Notes: generated from the sequence alone by a model not told the origin. A stretch of DNA of 64,000 nucleotides from Pachysolen tannophilus NRRL Y-2460 (GCA_001661245.1 KV454017.1:899903-963902), one strand, 5' to 3'; positions 1-12,406 are shown, numbered from the stretch's first letter. A program made the numbers and translations.

Positions 1-504
1 CCTTTGCGACAAATTTGAAAAGAAAAAAAAAAAGGGAACACTACGCACTACTTTTTTAATTATTTTTTTTATTTTATTGTTCGGATTTCAAGGGTTTCTT
101 TTTTTTTTTTTTTTTTTTTCTTGTGCAATCAATTACTAGGACAAATCACAGAAATAGTGGGAAATCGTAAAAAAAAAAAAATGGTGGTCGGAGCAAGACG
201 GGGGACGGGGCATGATTATGTGGGGCATAAATTTTGTGAAACAAAAATAGACGTTTTACTTTTAGGGGCTGTAAGCTGTCCTGTGTTCTTCTTTTTTTGT
301 TTTTTCTTTTTCTTCCAGAACAATAGGGGTGTTATGTCCTGCATATTTTTCGTTAACAATTTTAAGCTTAACTTTATAACGAGCTAAAATTGATGAGCAA
401 AACCGGACATAAATATGATCTAGGTACGAAATATATATATATGTATTTCTTATAACAAAAAAGAATTGAAAAATTTTTATATTATTAATTAAAATTCGGT
501 TATC

Positions 505-1515
505 ATGTTCACACCAGTGGAAACTTCTATTGGGGCCTTGTTGATCCAGTTTGCAACAACGTCTTATATGTTACAAGTTGGAAGACTGGTTGGGTTTTCA
601 TCTATACTATACAACTCTATTACTAAACCAAATGTTTATGATTTGTCAATACTGATTGGTCTACTCAGTTCTGCATATATTGTTAAATTAATTTTCCCAG
701 AATTTATACCTTTATATAACCAATATATTAATATCAAATGGTATATAGTTAGTGGATTATTAGTTGGTATTGGAACTCAATTTGGTTGTGGATGTACTTC
801 TGGTCATGTAATTGCAGGTTTAAGTAGATTAAGAAAGAGAAGTATTATTGCTACAATTTTTCTTTTTGCAACTGCAATGTTAGTTGTAAATTATTTTAAA
901 TTAGGTGAAAATTGTTATAATCTTGGTAAATTAGATTATTGTATTAAATATGATAAATTTTTCATAAAATTTTATAAAAATCGAAAAATTTTAGTTGAAT
1001 TATTAATGAGTTCTTTCTTATTGACTTATTTTATTTTACCATTTATTACAAAGAAATTGAATAAATTTGGTAATGGTGGTTTGATAAATAAATTTTTAAT
1101 AATTATCAATGGACTTTATAGTGGATGTTTATTTGGTCTTGGATTAGCTATATCTGGAATGTCATCTCCTTCAAAGACAATAGGTTTTTTAGCAATTTTC
1201 CAACAAAAAAAATTTGACCCATCATTATCGTTAATTATATTGTTTACAGTAATTCCAAATTATTTTGTTTGGAAATTCAAAATTTTTAACAAAAATAATA
1301 AACCAATTTTAAATCAATCATTTTCCTTAAATAAATCAAATCAAATACCTAAAAAATTCATATTGGGAAATATATTATTCGGTTTAGGTTGGGGTATAAT
1401 GGGTATATGTCCAGGACCTGGATTAATGGGGGTTATATTCAATGGTAATAACGGTTTAGCATGGTTTATCAATTTTATATTAGGTTATTTCTTTGCTAAA
1501 TGTATCTGTATTTAA
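505..1515 (+). CDS. YeeE/YedE family (sulfur/thiosulfate transport) integral membrane protein
   Basis: MFTPVET start, GCGCTSGH and G(I/L)CPGP motifs, many hydrophobic segments. Confidence 0.85.
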   Translation: MFTPVETSIGALLIQFATTSYMLQVGRLVGFSSILYNSITKPNVYDLSILIGLLSSAYIVKLIFPEFIPLYNQYINIKWYIVSGLLVGIGTQFGCGCTSGHVIAGLSRLRKRSIIATIFLFATAMLVVNYFKLGENCYNLGKLDYCIKYDKFFIKFYKNRKILVELLMSSFLLTYFILPFITKKLNKFGNGGLINKFLIIINGLYSGCLFGLGLAISGMSSPSKTIGFLAIFQQKKFDPSLSLIILFTVIPNYFVWKFKIFNKNNKPILNQSFSLNKSNQIPKKFILGNILFGLGWGIMGICPGPGLMGVIFNGNNGLAWFINFILGYFFAKCICI

Positions 1516-1709
1516 AAGAAAAGAAAAAAATAAATAAGTTATTATCATTCAGTTTTATAAGCAAGTTGCTCAGTGTATATGTAGTAGCTATTTATTGACA
1601 AAAAAATTCATTTTTAAAAATGAATAAAGAAAGAAAAAAAATAAAAGAAAATAAAAAAAAAATAAAAGAAAGAGAATAAATAAATAATCAGAGTAAAACT
1701 TGTATCTTC

Positions 1710-3566
1710 TTAAGCAGTTTCAAAAATTAAACTTCTAACTTGATACATTTCATTGGATTCTTCAATATCTTCCCAATTTCCAATATAATCATCTTTACCT
1801 CTGACAATTCCAGGTAAAGTTTTACCTCTAGAATACCTTTTCCAAATTTTTTTCGCTTCTTCATCTGTACCCAAATCTCTCATTGTGAATTCAACTTTAT
1901 TTGCTTTTAAAATGGTGATAAGCCTGTTCGTTCTTGTGGCAATCTGGAAACCACCAGCTAACGAAGTATATAAATATACTGGTTCATCCTCATAAGTTAG
2001 TTTTGATGGAGCTTTTGGAACAAAAACACTTCCATCAACACTTTGGCTCTTGGGTTGGGTTTCAGGTTCAGCTTCAACTTTAGCTTCAACCTCTGGTTCA
2101 ACCTCTCGTTCAGCTTCAACTTCTGGTTCCTCTTCTGGAGTCTCCAATTCGTCTTCATCTTGCTGTTCTGATTGTTCTTCTTTTGTTTCCTTTTCTACAG
2201 AACTTTGCTCTTCAGCTGAGTTTTCTTCTTCATGCTTTTCTTCTCCATCACTGTTTTTAGTCTCTACTTCTTGTTGCTTCCCAACTTCATCTGGTACAAT
2301 TTCTGTTTCAGTCTCATCTTTATTCAAGTCATCCAAAGTTTCATCTTTCTTTTTTATTTGATCATTTTCTAATTCTTCAAAAGTTTCTTCTTGAATACTT
2401 TCTGCTCTATTTCCTTTAGATTCGGTAACATGTCCTCTCAACCCATTTAACTCATCTTCAACTAATTTCAAAGCCTTGTCAACTGCATCTTCTAAATCAG
2501 GCATTTGATCATAGTTGGAACCACCAGTTAATGCGCCTTCTTCTTTCAATTCCAGTTCATCTGCACCTTGGTTAATTCCAAGTGCAGCATTATCGTTAGC
2601 AACTCTTGATCTTGATCTTGAAATAGAACGAAGATAATTTATAGATGATTCTGATAAGTTGGTACTTCTATAAGGCTGACGAGATTTTCTTTCACCAATG
2701 TTTAAAGGTGGTGTTGTAGAGAAATTGTTATTAGTCACAGTGTTATGACAAGAATCTCCACGAGCCAAATGTGGTCTTGATGGTGAAGTAACATTTGATG
2801 AAGAAGTTGGAGGCTCAACATCTTGATTTGAATTCTCACTTTCAAGTTGGTTTTCATCATCCACAGGAGACTTCTTTTGTTGTTCTTGTTCTGATTCTTG
2901 TGATATTTCAATTTCATCATCCTCATCATCTTTTTGTTGACGACCTTCATTATAGCTATTTACAACATCTTGGATCGATTCATCATCATCTTGTTCAATA
3001 GCATCATCAATAATGTTTGCTGTCGAATCACTCAAAGGAGAACTTCTAACCGGAGGTAATGCCACGGAAGAATTTCCATGAGAATTATGATGACTACCTG
3101 GTTTTGGTTTTACACTTGCTGATCTCGATTTGGAACCGTCACGAGATGAAGCAGGAGCAATAAAATTTTGATCATCTTCATTTATCAGAGAAATTGTAGA
3201 TTCCTCATGATCATTAATGGTTTTAATATCTATATCCGAAGGAGGTGCTATTACTTCATCTTGATTAGTTTTTTCCTTTTCCTTTATATCCAAAGCTTCT
3301 GATTTAACGTGTCCCAGATTATCCAAAATTTGATCCAAACCTTCATTTTCTTCATCTTTTAACAAAACACCTTGTCTTTGTAAATCTTCAATAGACTCTG
3401 TCGAATAATCATAAGCCTGGTTTTTACCCATACTTAACCTTGAAGAAGGCCTTGAAGTAGAAACTGCTCCAGAATGAATAAGTGGTGGCTCTCCACGAAT
3501 TGAAGACCCAATTAATGACGGTGTACAAGTTTTTTCAAAATTCTGAACTTCCTCATCCATATCCAT
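1710..3566 (-). CDS. Acidic low-complexity protein with C-terminal SH3BGR/glutaredoxin-like domain (YFR016C/AIP5-like)
   Basis: C-terminal VYLYTSLAGG...DLGTDEEAKKIW...LPGIVRG...IGNWEDIEE; first ATG at 3566. Confidence 0.75.
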   Translation of the reverse strand: MDMDEEVQNFEKTCTPSLIGSSIRGEPPLIHSGAVSTSRPSSRLSMGKNQAYDYSTESIEDLQRQGVLLKDEENEGLDQILDNLGHVKSEALDIKEKEKTNQDEVIAPPSDIDIKTINDHEESTISLINEDDQNFIAPASSRDGSKSRSASVKPKPGSHHNSHGNSSVALPPVRSSPLSDSTANIIDDAIEQDDDESIQDVVNSYNEGRQQKDDEDDEIEISQESEQEQQKKSPVDDENQLESENSNQDVEPPTSSSNVTSPSRPHLARGDSCHNTVTNNNFSTTPPLNIGERKSRQPYRSTNLSESSINYLRSISRSRSRVANDNAALGINQGADELELKEEGALTGGSNYDQMPDLEDAVDKALKLVEDELNGLRGHVTESKGNRAESIQEETFEELENDQIKKKDETLDDLNKDETETEIVPDEVGKQQEVETKNSDGEEKHEEENSAEEQSSVEKETKEEQSEQQDEDELETPEEEPEVEAEREVEPEVEAKVEAEPETQPKSQSVDGSVFVPKAPSKLTYEDEPVYLYTSLAGGFQIATRTNRLITILKANKVEFTMRDLGTDEEAKKIWKRYSRGKTLPGIVRGKDDYIGNWEDIEESNEMYQVRSLIFETA

Positions 3567-4061
3567 CCTGATTAATTCAAATTTCCCTAGATATATATAT
3601 ATATCTATATTTATATATATTTTAATATATTTCTCTTGGCTTCTTACCAACTTCTTTAAAGACTATTAAACAAAAAACAAAAAACTCGTTACTATTACCT
3701 TCTGTATAGCTTATCTATTATTTTGGCGGTATTTTTCAATAATCTTCACCGACACCAAAATCGTCAAAAGAAGGAAAAAACCAGAAATTACACGACTGGA
3801 AATTAAGACCACATTTTTAATTACAATTTAACTAATGAATAGCGGTATATTTACATTTATCTGGCTATATAGATATACAAAAATGCTTTTTTGAGAAATG
3901 ACAATGGAAACAGGAAAACAGAATAAAACAAAGACTCAATCATATATAAATAAAATGGCGGTAGAAAAGAGTAATAAGGGGAAAAGAAGTTGAACTTTTT
4001 TTTTTTCTTTTTTTTTTCTTTTTCTTTTTTTTGTCTTTTTTTTTTGTTTCTTTTTGTTTTT

Positions 4062-7000
4062 TTAATTTATCGATGAAAGAAAGCTATTTTTACATTTTTC
4101 TAATCCTTCCTTATCACCTTTAACGTAGATGACGTTATTGATCTTATCGCTCATTCTTGGAATAATGATAAGACAACCTGTTTTCTCTCTCAACTGTTGA
4201 ATTCTACGGCCTTGTGGACCAACAATTTTACTGAAAACTTGTGGAGATGATGAATAAAAATAACCGGTTGAATTGAAGTTACTAGCTTTTTCAACTAATT
4301 TTTCTATTAGAGCTTTGGCCTTTGCAACATCTTTTTCCTCACCTTTTAATCTCCATGGAATAGGGGCAGTTTCTGTTAAACTTTCTTGAGCATCTTCAAT
4401 GACTGTCCATTTTGCCTTTTCATCTTCACCGCCATAAACTTCATCTGGTGGCTTTGAAATAACAGAATTGGATAATGCACTTGCAATTTTAGCCGAAGGT
4501 CCATGCTCAACTGATACGTTTAAATCATTTCTCAATCTTCTGAAAAATGCACCCCTTTCAGCAATTGCAGAATGAACAGATGCTGGAACTAAAATTTCCG
4601 CTAACCAATCATCTTTGGTTAATTCTTCAATTTTAGCCTTAGCCTTATCAACATCTTGTTTCAAACCTGTAAGTGTAATTGTTGTAGATGGTGATTCAGA
4701 TCTTGGAATCTCAACGGTAATATTGAATTCGGATTGTAAACTTTTACGAATAGATCCTAATGGTCCTATCAACAATCCGTGTTTCTCTTTAGCAAGTTCT
4801 AAATCTTCAGTTATATAATCTTTTCTATTTTGAACCAACTGTTTAACCTGCTCAACTATCGAATTAACAATCCTCTTGTCACCAGAACAAACAATTTCAT
4901 CAGAATCGGAACCTTGACTAGGAATACGTAATAAACGTCTCCACTCGGATTTATCAATATCTGAACCACCAGCCTTCATGATTATATCTCTCATAGTAGA
5001 ACCATTTGGACCAATAATTATTCTATGATATTTTGGATCTACTTGAAGTTTAACAGTGACATGATTTTCAACTTCTGAAATGATTTCATTGATCTTGGCT
5101 TTTGCTTGAGAAACACCTGCTCGAGTACCTAATAATTCAACATCGACATATCCTAATTTATTTTCTTTCTCAACATCTTTTTGACCAAAATCCATTTCAA
5201 CACCAGTTGTGGCAGAAATATCCTTGACATTTTCACCATTTTTACCAATAACTCTTGGTAAAGCCTTTATTGGAATTTGTATATTCAAACGATGTCCATT
5301 CTCAATTTCATACAGTAAGAGTTCCTTTAATTCTTCTTCCACCTTGTTGACACCTCTAGATGGTCCTCTAATTATGACTTCATCCTTGTTTGCCTTAGAA
5401 CCATCAAAGGGAAATCTCACTTGAGCGTTATATTTTTCTTCTAATCTCTTAACATAAACACCACTTGGACCAATCATTCTTCTGTGGAATTTATGATCGA
5501 TATGCATTTTGATAGTTTTTTCATCTGCCCATTTCTTGCTTAAAGCCTCCAACTTCTTGGAACATTCATCAACGTTGACTTGTAAACCTGTTAATTTGAT
5601 TGCAGTAAATTCTGAATCAGATTCAGATTTATGATCTTCGATATCAATCTTAACACCAAATTCGTCTCTAATTTCATTGATTGTTTCACCCTTTTGACCG
5701 ATTAATCTAGATAACAAATGTGTTGGATATTGAACAGTAATCTGATATTTTGAAGCAATTTCATAGTTTTTAACATCATCTATAACTTTTTGGATTTCCT
5801 TAATTACTTCACCAACGTTATTTCCGAATCCACGAATTAAAATTGCATCTTCAGATGGTCCTTCACTGTCATGGTGTAATACAATTTCAACGGTATTTTT
5901 AGGGTAATGTGATAAAATAGTACGTAATGTTGAAGTTCCTGGACCACTAACTAATTCTTGATCTTTTGCACTAATTTTGATAACTTTAAATGTTACTGAT
6001 TCAGACAATTTTCTCAATTTATTCAAAGCCAGGTCTACTTCGTCAAGTCTTGAAGCAACTTCTTCAGCAGAAGGTAAAAACTCACCTTCATTTTGATTTG
6101 CAGCCAAAATTAAGGAGTTTCCAGCATTTGCCAATTTTTTCAATGGTATAATTGTAACGTTGGCTTTACTTGCTACATCTTCAATCTCTGAATCAATCAA
6201 GTTAAAAACAAATGGATCAATATCAGAAATAGTTCTTACCAATGTGGGAGTTGTTTGGTTAACTTTATCAATAACGGCTTTTTTCGCTGCTTTAATTGCT
6301 TCATTTTGATCTGTACTTCCTGAAAATTCTACCAATACTTCTTGAACATTTTTATTTGCCAAGGCCGAATATGAAGGTGATGAAATGGTAATATTATAAG
6401 TAGATGATAATTCATCAAAAAATCCATTGTATTTGAAATATGCAGCTAAAATTTTTGCGTGCTCAATATTTTTTCCATGAGCAGCAGCAATGTTTAAAAC
6501 ACTTGAAGCAAATTTACTTGTTAACTCTTTACCAAATGTAATTGCATCACCAATATTTTGAGGTTTACCGATAAACTGAACAACAGTATCAGCAGGATCA
6601 TCTGCATTTGGGAGTTTTACTAATACACCAGTCTTGTTGAAAATTAGATCCACATCTAAAAACTTGTGAGTAGCTTTTGGGACTTTTCTTTCTTCAATTT
6701 TAATGGTTTTTTCTAAAGATGTTATTAACAATTTAATTTGATCACGAATCTTTAGTACGTCTTCACGTGCACCACTTATCAAGATATTTGAATTTTTATC
6801 GTCATAATTTGGTATAGTAATTTCCAAATCTGATGGAATTGATAAATTGGATTCAATTTCTGTTTTAATAAAAGGTTTTAAAATTTCACTAACTGGAATT
6901 CTAACAGACAATGTCTTTGTATGTTCGTTAATAATTTCCAAGATCAATTTTTTTGCTTCTTTACAACTTTCTAAATCACCCTTGACGACAACATTGATCA

Positions 7001-7856
7001 AATGACCATAAATATCGTCATTTTCTTCATAATTGGCATTCGCGTTGGTATTGGCATGAGAATTGGCAATAATTGGGGTACCTTCTTTTGAAGGTACGTC
7101 TTTCTCTATATCTATTTTAACTTCGGTAGAATCTATAATTGGTTTTAAATTTTTACCGCCGTGGCCTATCACAGCCGATCTTAACTTTGATGGGATAGAA
7201 AATTCCAAGTTAACCGGTTTTGTCAATTTCTTCAAGAGAAATCTTTTGGCCAAATGTACATCTTCAGTTTTACCTATAACTAAAAAAGTTCTTCTATTAG
7301 TTTTTGAAGATAAAATTGATTCAATATTAACGTTATATTGAGTCTTTGCCTGTGATAAAATTTTAAATAATTCACCTTTTGGAGCATTCAATTGTTGTTC
7401 CAGATCTATATCAAAAGTTTCTTGAATTTTCAGAGATCTAATTACAACCAGTGGCAGCGATTGAACATTCTTTTTCATATTCCCCATGTTCCCGATACTT
7501 GTATCGGAAATAGAGTTGTTTTTAGTTTGATCCAAAGAATCATTCACAACGGCGCTTACCGAATTTGGTCCCCAAGTATTCTTTGTTGTACTTGCATTTG
7601 GAACAGATCCTAAAGCAGGAAAAGAAACATCATCCAAAACCAGCAGGGTGGTACCATTACCCTCATCAGATTTCTTGTTATTCCCCCCATTAAGCGCCTG
7701 GAAATGACTTTCATCTTTTGAATCTTCCGCGGTAGTTTCCGATTCAGTAACAGTTGCAGACGTTGATAAAACACTAGTATCAACAGCGCTTGATGGCTGT
7801 GATTCTTCTCTAGAACCAACAAACTGTTGAGCTAACAAATCAGCTGGATTCGACAT
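4062..7856 (-). CDS. SCP160: Vigilin / multi-KH-domain RNA-binding protein
   Basis: 1264 aa with many KH GxxG motifs (IGHGG, IGQKG, IGPSG, IGKNG, IGPNG, VGPQG) and N-terminal FPALG motif. Confidence 0.93.
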   Translation of the reverse strand: MSNPADLLAQQFVGSREESQPSSAVDTSVLSTSATVTESETTAEDSKDESHFQALNGGNNKKSDEGNGTTLLVLDDVSFPALGSVPNASTTKNTWGPNSVSAVVNDSLDQTKNNSISDTSIGNMGNMKKNVQSLPLVVIRSLKIQETFDIDLEQQLNAPKGELFKILSQAKTQYNVNIESILSSKTNRRTFLVIGKTEDVHLAKRFLLKKLTKPVNLEFSIPSKLRSAVIGHGGKNLKPIIDSTEVKIDIEKDVPSKEGTPIIANSHANTNANANYEENDDIYGHLINVVVKGDLESCKEAKKLILEIINEHTKTLSVRIPVSEILKPFIKTEIESNLSIPSDLEITIPNYDDKNSNILISGAREDVLKIRDQIKLLITSLEKTIKIEERKVPKATHKFLDVDLIFNKTGVLVKLPNADDPADTVVQFIGKPQNIGDAITFGKELTSKFASSVLNIAAAHGKNIEHAKILAAYFKYNGFFDELSSTYNITISSPSYSALANKNVQEVLVEFSGSTDQNEAIKAAKKAVIDKVNQTTPTLVRTISDIDPFVFNLIDSEIEDVASKANVTIIPLKKLANAGNSLILAANQNEGEFLPSAEEVASRLDEVDLALNKLRKLSESVTFKVIKISAKDQELVSGPGTSTLRTILSHYPKNTVEIVLHHDSEGPSEDAILIRGFGNNVGEVIKEIQKVIDDVKNYEIASKYQITVQYPTHLLSRLIGQKGETINEIRDEFGVKIDIEDHKSESDSEFTAIKLTGLQVNVDECSKKLEALSKKWADEKTIKMHIDHKFHRRMIGPSGVYVKRLEEKYNAQVRFPFDGSKANKDEVIIRGPSRGVNKVEEELKELLLYEIENGHRLNIQIPIKALPRVIGKNGENVKDISATTGVEMDFGQKDVEKENKLGYVDVELLGTRAGVSQAKAKINEIISEVENHVTVKLQVDPKYHRIIIGPNGSTMRDIIMKAGGSDIDKSEWRRLLRIPSQGSDSDEIVCSGDKRIVNSIVEQVKQLVQNRKDYITEDLELAKEKHGLLIGPLGSIRKSLQSEFNITVEIPRSESPSTTITLTGLKQDVDKAKAKIEELTKDDWLAEILVPASVHSAIAERGAFFRRLRNDLNVSVEHGPSAKIASALSNSVISKPPDEVYGGEDEKAKWTVIEDAQESLTETAPIPWRLKGEEKDVAKAKALIEKLVEKASNFNSTGYFYSSSPQVFSKIVGPQGRRIQQLREKTGCLIIIPRMSDKINNVIYVKGDKEGLEKCKNSFLSSIN

Positions 7857-8659
7857 GAAAATTTAAAAATCAGTAGTATCAGAGAAAAAAAAAAAAAAAA
7901 AAAAAAAACAACACCAAATAATTGAATACCTAGTGGAATAAAAAATGAATTGATTAGAATAACCAAATATCTGGTATTCTTTATCTCTAATTTTCTTTCT
8001 TGATTTATTTATTTATTTTCTTCTGTTAATATACTAAACAGATCAAGACAAACAAAATGTTGTTGCAAAATTTGCAATTTGCAATTTGCAATTATGAAAA
8101 TAAATTACAGAAAAAAAAATTTTATAATATATAGAATATTTATATATATATATATATAAACAAGGTAATTAAAAGTTGGCTTTTTAACAAATTGTTGAAG
8201 GTTCGTTGAATATGCAGAACCGACAAACCAACGTGGAAACTTTTTTTTTGTTTTTTTTTTTCTTCGAGGGAAAGCACAGTGAGAAAAATAGTAAAAAAAG
8301 GCAAAGGCAAAACGTCGTGCGCGTCTTGCGGATCAAAATGAAAACAATAGAAAACAATAGAAAAATAAATTGCGGAGCCAAAGCGCGAAACCAAAAAATT
8401 GCGGATGCACGAAAAATTGCTGGTGCAAAAAAAAAAAGAAAAAAGAGCGGTGAGAGAAGGGAAAGTGTGAAGGAGGTACCGCCCGGAACTTTTTAATTTT
8501 TTTCTTTTTGTGGGTCACCTAAAATCTAAGATCCGATCCCAGATGTACGCGCAGATTTAGTTATATCAGCTCTATCAGTTAGTTTAACGTTTAAACACAG
8601 ACAGTCTTTAAATACTGAGTTTATTTTTATATATTGTAACGTAAATTGTATATATGGCT

Positions 8660-11600
8660 CTATAAAGTAAATAAACCTGTGCTCTTCTTGCCGAAAGGAT
8701 AGACAACGATTGCAGCGGCAAAGAGACCAACACTAATACCAATGGAAACTTCAACCATTGTTACACCAAAAGAAAGTGAAGTACCACTTGAGCTACTACT
8801 AGATGAAGAAGTATCATTTCCAACCAAATCGTTAGCTGTTTCTACACCTGATAGTAATGAACTTTGGGATGCAATACCAGAAGGAACTTGTACAAAAATG
8901 GCAGGTAACATTGCTGCAACAGCCATACCTCTACCAACTCTTGAATATAAATTACCTAATATTCCAATAACAAATGCACCCATGGCAGAAGTAAACTCTG
9001 TAGCATCTGAAAAATGCTTTCCTGCAAAATAAGTAACAACATAACCACCACCAGCAATTACTACCATAACTGGTAATTGAGATAATCTTGCTTGATTGAT
9101 TAAGGCTAAACCAATTGCAAAAAGGGGAACAAATAAAAATCTAAACCAAGGAGATATTTGTGTTATTTGAGTACATGTAGTATCTGAAGTAGCAGATTCA
9201 TCAAGCCATCCATATAATGCAGCACCAAGAGTTATTCCAAAACCTAAAAATAAAGAATAAATAATCGCATAAAACATTCTAACTGATCCTGCAACAATAT
9301 TTCTTGATTGTAATTCTAATGATCCACATAAAATAATATAACCTGGTAAAATTAATGCTAATGAACTTTGAACAATACTTCCAAAACAGAAAAGATCACC
9401 ACCTTTAATTGATCCAATGGCTCTTCCTAAAAATGAAACAACAATCGATGCTGTAACTTCAAAAACAGAAGAATATAAACTAGATCTAGTGGAAACATAA
9501 AATTGAATAAGTGCAACACATGTTCCAATACCAAAACAAATAGGCATATCTCTCCAACCACCACTGAAACCCCATGAAGCAACCATTGCACTTGAAAATC
9601 CATAAATAAAAACACAAACCCAAGGTGGATACAATGGTTTTCTACTTAATAAATCATCAATCTTAGCATTTGCCTCTTCTACACCCATCAAATCATGTAC
9701 AACAGCCTTATAAATTTTATGAACATCATGTAATCTTGACAAGTCAAGACCTTGACTACATCTCACTAATTGAACTTCTGAAGTTCTTGTTGAAGCATCA
9801 CCAAAAGAAACTAACATACACCCAGGGAAATAAATAAATTGCCCATCAATTTCCAAGACTCTTGCTGTCATGACCATATACTCTTCTAATCTATGAGTTG
9901 GTGCACCGTATAACATTAAAGCCTTACACATACGCAAAATAAACCTTTGTCTTTGTAAAATAGCAGCAATATGTACTGTGATTTTAGCCTTAGTAGCTTC
10001 TCTTTTTGCCTTAAGTATATGTGATCTCTTATTTTGTTTTGGTCTAGTAGTACTAAATGATGGCATATTTTCAAATTCATTATCTGTAGAAGATCTCTTA
10101 AAATTTGCTTTTGAATGATGTCCAGGAATTAAAGAACCAAGTCTTCTATGACCAGCATTTTTATTTGTATTTGATTTCACATAATTTTCCTCATCTGAAT
10201 TAAATAAACTTTGTTGAGAAGTTGATCTAGGAATTCCTGAACCAATTCGTTTTAATTTGGATTTAATCTTGCTGAATTCACTACTATTAGTTTCTGAACG
10301 ATCTAATGGTGACAGATATTTAGAAGGAAGATCTGAATCTGTTGATACCAATGTATTTTGTGATCTTGAATCTGCTGGATTCAGATACAATTTTAACAAT
10401 GAAGACAATACACCTTCTTGGACTCTTTTAGGAGCATCAACAACATTTCCTGATGAACCATCAATTTGATTATCTCCAAAAATACCAGATTCATTATCTC
10501 TTAAATAATAATCAGGATTTGGTGCATAGAAATGTGAGCTATCAGTTGTAGAACCAGTATTTTGTGGATAAAGCTTATGTTGTTGAACCAATCCACGAGC
10601 CTGTTCCTCTAATTCTTCTGGAGAAAGATTTTGAAGTGGTATTGAACCGTCATCTTTAACATCAGCGCCGGCTTTCTCTTCTTCGTCTTCATTTTTCTTT
10701 GGAACCGATTTAGATGCACCTGGAATCAATCCACCAATATCACCTAAATTCAAAAGTTTAGAGAAAAATCCATCTGGTTCTATAGCTTCAGGAACTTCTG
10801 GATCATCACTCAAGACCAAATTCATTTTCTTTTTCATTCTATCTGCAAATGACTCTTCTTGTGGACTTTGAGGACTTTGTGGACGTTCTGGATTTTCATT
10901 GCTATCATTATTGTTATTATTATTATTGTTATTATTATTTTTCTCTGATTTTTCATCTTGTTTCCCGTTATGAGAAGTTAAAGTACTACTATTGCTATTA
11001 CTTCCTTCTTGAATTCTTTCTTCAATTTCAAAATTATTTTTACTAGGAGATTCGATTCTAACATTTTTCTCAGATTGTTGGGATAAATCTTGACCAGAAA
11101 CTTGACCAGAATCCTGTGTAGTATCCAGATGAGCATGTTGTGACTGATCTTGTTGAGTATCCAAGTTTTGACGGGGTTGACGATCTTGACGTGTTTGGCG
11201 TGGATCATGATGTTCATCATCATCTTCTGTAGTTTCATCATCACTTGAATTATAAAATTTAACTCTTGGAATAGTTGAAGTTGCTCCTTTTTTTTCTTTT
11301 TCATCTGAAGAAATAGTATTTGAACTTTCAGTTCTATTATGATTGGGATCAATATTTTTCACAGAATAATTATCCAATAAACCTGTACTTCTATTAAAAT
11401 TATTTTCAAAAACATTATCTGCATCATTTTCTAATTCTTCCCTTATTCTATTTCTTCTATCAGTAGTATCCATATCTGCAATATTACTATCTGAAAAATT
11501 TTTAAAACTTGGTAATCTTGGTTGATCCATTAAACTTGAATCATCTTTAAATTCATCTTCATCTTCCATTATTGGAGGTGAATTAACCCCTGAAGCTCCT

Positions 11601-11863
11601 CCTGGCATTAATGAAAAATAATCATCTCCACTAGAACTTGGTTTCCCAGAAAATAATCTATTTCTACTTCTACTTCTAGAATGACTACCCATGCGCCCGC
11701 GCGACAGTGACCTATTTGAAGAAGGAAATGCAAATCTAGGTAATCTCACACTATTACTACCAGCATTTGTATTAGCATTTGTATTGGCGGCAGTTGTATT
11801 TCTAACATTAGCATTGGAAGATGAAGATGAAGTCGATGACGTTTCCGACGTTGGTGAGGGCAT
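8660..11863 (-). CDS. PRM10: Pheromone-regulated membrane protein 10 (ThrE/DUF1212 family) with long disordered N-terminus
   Basis: RQRFIL.MCKALMLYGAPTHRLEEYM and ILPGYIILCGSLELQSR..VAGSVRMFY motifs; ~10 C-terminal TM segments; next to IME2 as in S. cerevisiae. Confidence 0.9.
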   Translation of the reverse strand: MPSPTSETSSTSSSSSNANVRNTTAANTNANTNAGSNSVRLPRFAFPSSNRSLSRGRMGSHSRSRSRNRLFSGKPSSSGDDYFSLMPGGASGVNSPPIMEDEDEFKDDSSLMDQPRLPSFKNFSDSNIADMDTTDRRNRIREELENDADNVFENNFNRSTGLLDNYSVKNIDPNHNRTESSNTISSDEKEKKGATSTIPRVKFYNSSDDETTEDDDEHHDPRQTRQDRQPRQNLDTQQDQSQHAHLDTTQDSGQVSGQDLSQQSEKNVRIESPSKNNFEIEERIQEGSNSNSSTLTSHNGKQDEKSEKNNNNNNNNNNNDSNENPERPQSPQSPQEESFADRMKKKMNLVLSDDPEVPEAIEPDGFFSKLLNLGDIGGLIPGASKSVPKKNEDEEEKAGADVKDDGSIPLQNLSPEELEEQARGLVQQHKLYPQNTGSTTDSSHFYAPNPDYYLRDNESGIFGDNQIDGSSGNVVDAPKRVQEGVLSSLLKLYLNPADSRSQNTLVSTDSDLPSKYLSPLDRSETNSSEFSKIKSKLKRIGSGIPRSTSQQSLFNSDEENYVKSNTNKNAGHRRLGSLIPGHHSKANFKRSSTDNEFENMPSFSTTRPKQNKRSHILKAKREATKAKITVHIAAILQRQRFILRMCKALMLYGAPTHRLEEYMVMTARVLEIDGQFIYFPGCMLVSFGDASTRTSEVQLVRCSQGLDLSRLHDVHKIYKAVVHDLMGVEEANAKIDDLLSRKPLYPPWVCVFIYGFSSAMVASWGFSGGWRDMPICFGIGTCVALIQFYVSTRSSLYSSVFEVTASIVVSFLGRAIGSIKGGDLFCFGSIVQSSLALILPGYIILCGSLELQSRNIVAGSVRMFYAIIYSLFLGFGITLGAALYGWLDESATSDTTCTQITQISPWFRFLFVPLFAIGLALINQARLSQLPVMVVIAGGGYVVTYFAGKHFSDATEFTSAMGAFVIGILGNLYSRVGRGMAVAAMLPAIFVQVPSGIASQSSLLSGVETANDLVGNDTSSSSSSSSGTSLSFGVTMVEVSIGISVGLFAAAIVVYPFGKKSTGLFTL

Positions 11864-12099
11864 TTAACTTTTTTTCTTTTTGAATCTTTTTTTTTTCTTT
11901 TATGTTCCTTTTCTTATTGAGAAAAAAAAAAAAAAAAAAAAAAAATTGTTTAAACTAAAATTGGAACTTTTTTTTTTTCCTTAAAATCAAATTGATAGAT
12001 AGATAATCTATTAATATTGATATATTAGTTTATATTAAAAAAAAATAAAATAAGTTATGATGGAGAAGAATAATATATATAAATTCAAATAATTTTAAT

Positions 12100-12142
<43 letters not shown>

Positions 12143-12406
12143 NNNNNNNNNNNNNNNNNNNNNNNNNNNNNNNNNNNNNNNNNNNNNNNNNNNNNNNNNN
12201 NNNNNNNNNNNNNNNNNNNNNNNNNNNNNNNNNNNNNNNNNNNNNNNNNNNNNNNNNNNNNNNNNNNNNNNNNNNNNNNNNNNNNNNNNNNNNNNNNNNN
12301 NNNNNNNNNNNNNNNNNNNNNNNNNNNNNNNNNNNNNNNNNNNNNNNNNNNNNNNNNNNNNNNNNNNNNNNNNNNNNNNNNNNNNNNNNNNNNNNNNNNN
12401 NNNNNN
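12143..12406. other. Assembly gap (N run) flanked by (TA)n microsatellites
   Basis: N characters with TA repeats on both sides. Confidence 0.99.

Noticed and set aside
121..387. 88-aa ORF and similar short intergenic ORFs (8140-8518, 13085-13300, 22585-22870, 35674-35865, 60307-60522)
   Set aside because: They are poly-A/T-driven K/F-rich translations in promoter regions, mostly with non-ATG starts; one overlaps a tRNA.
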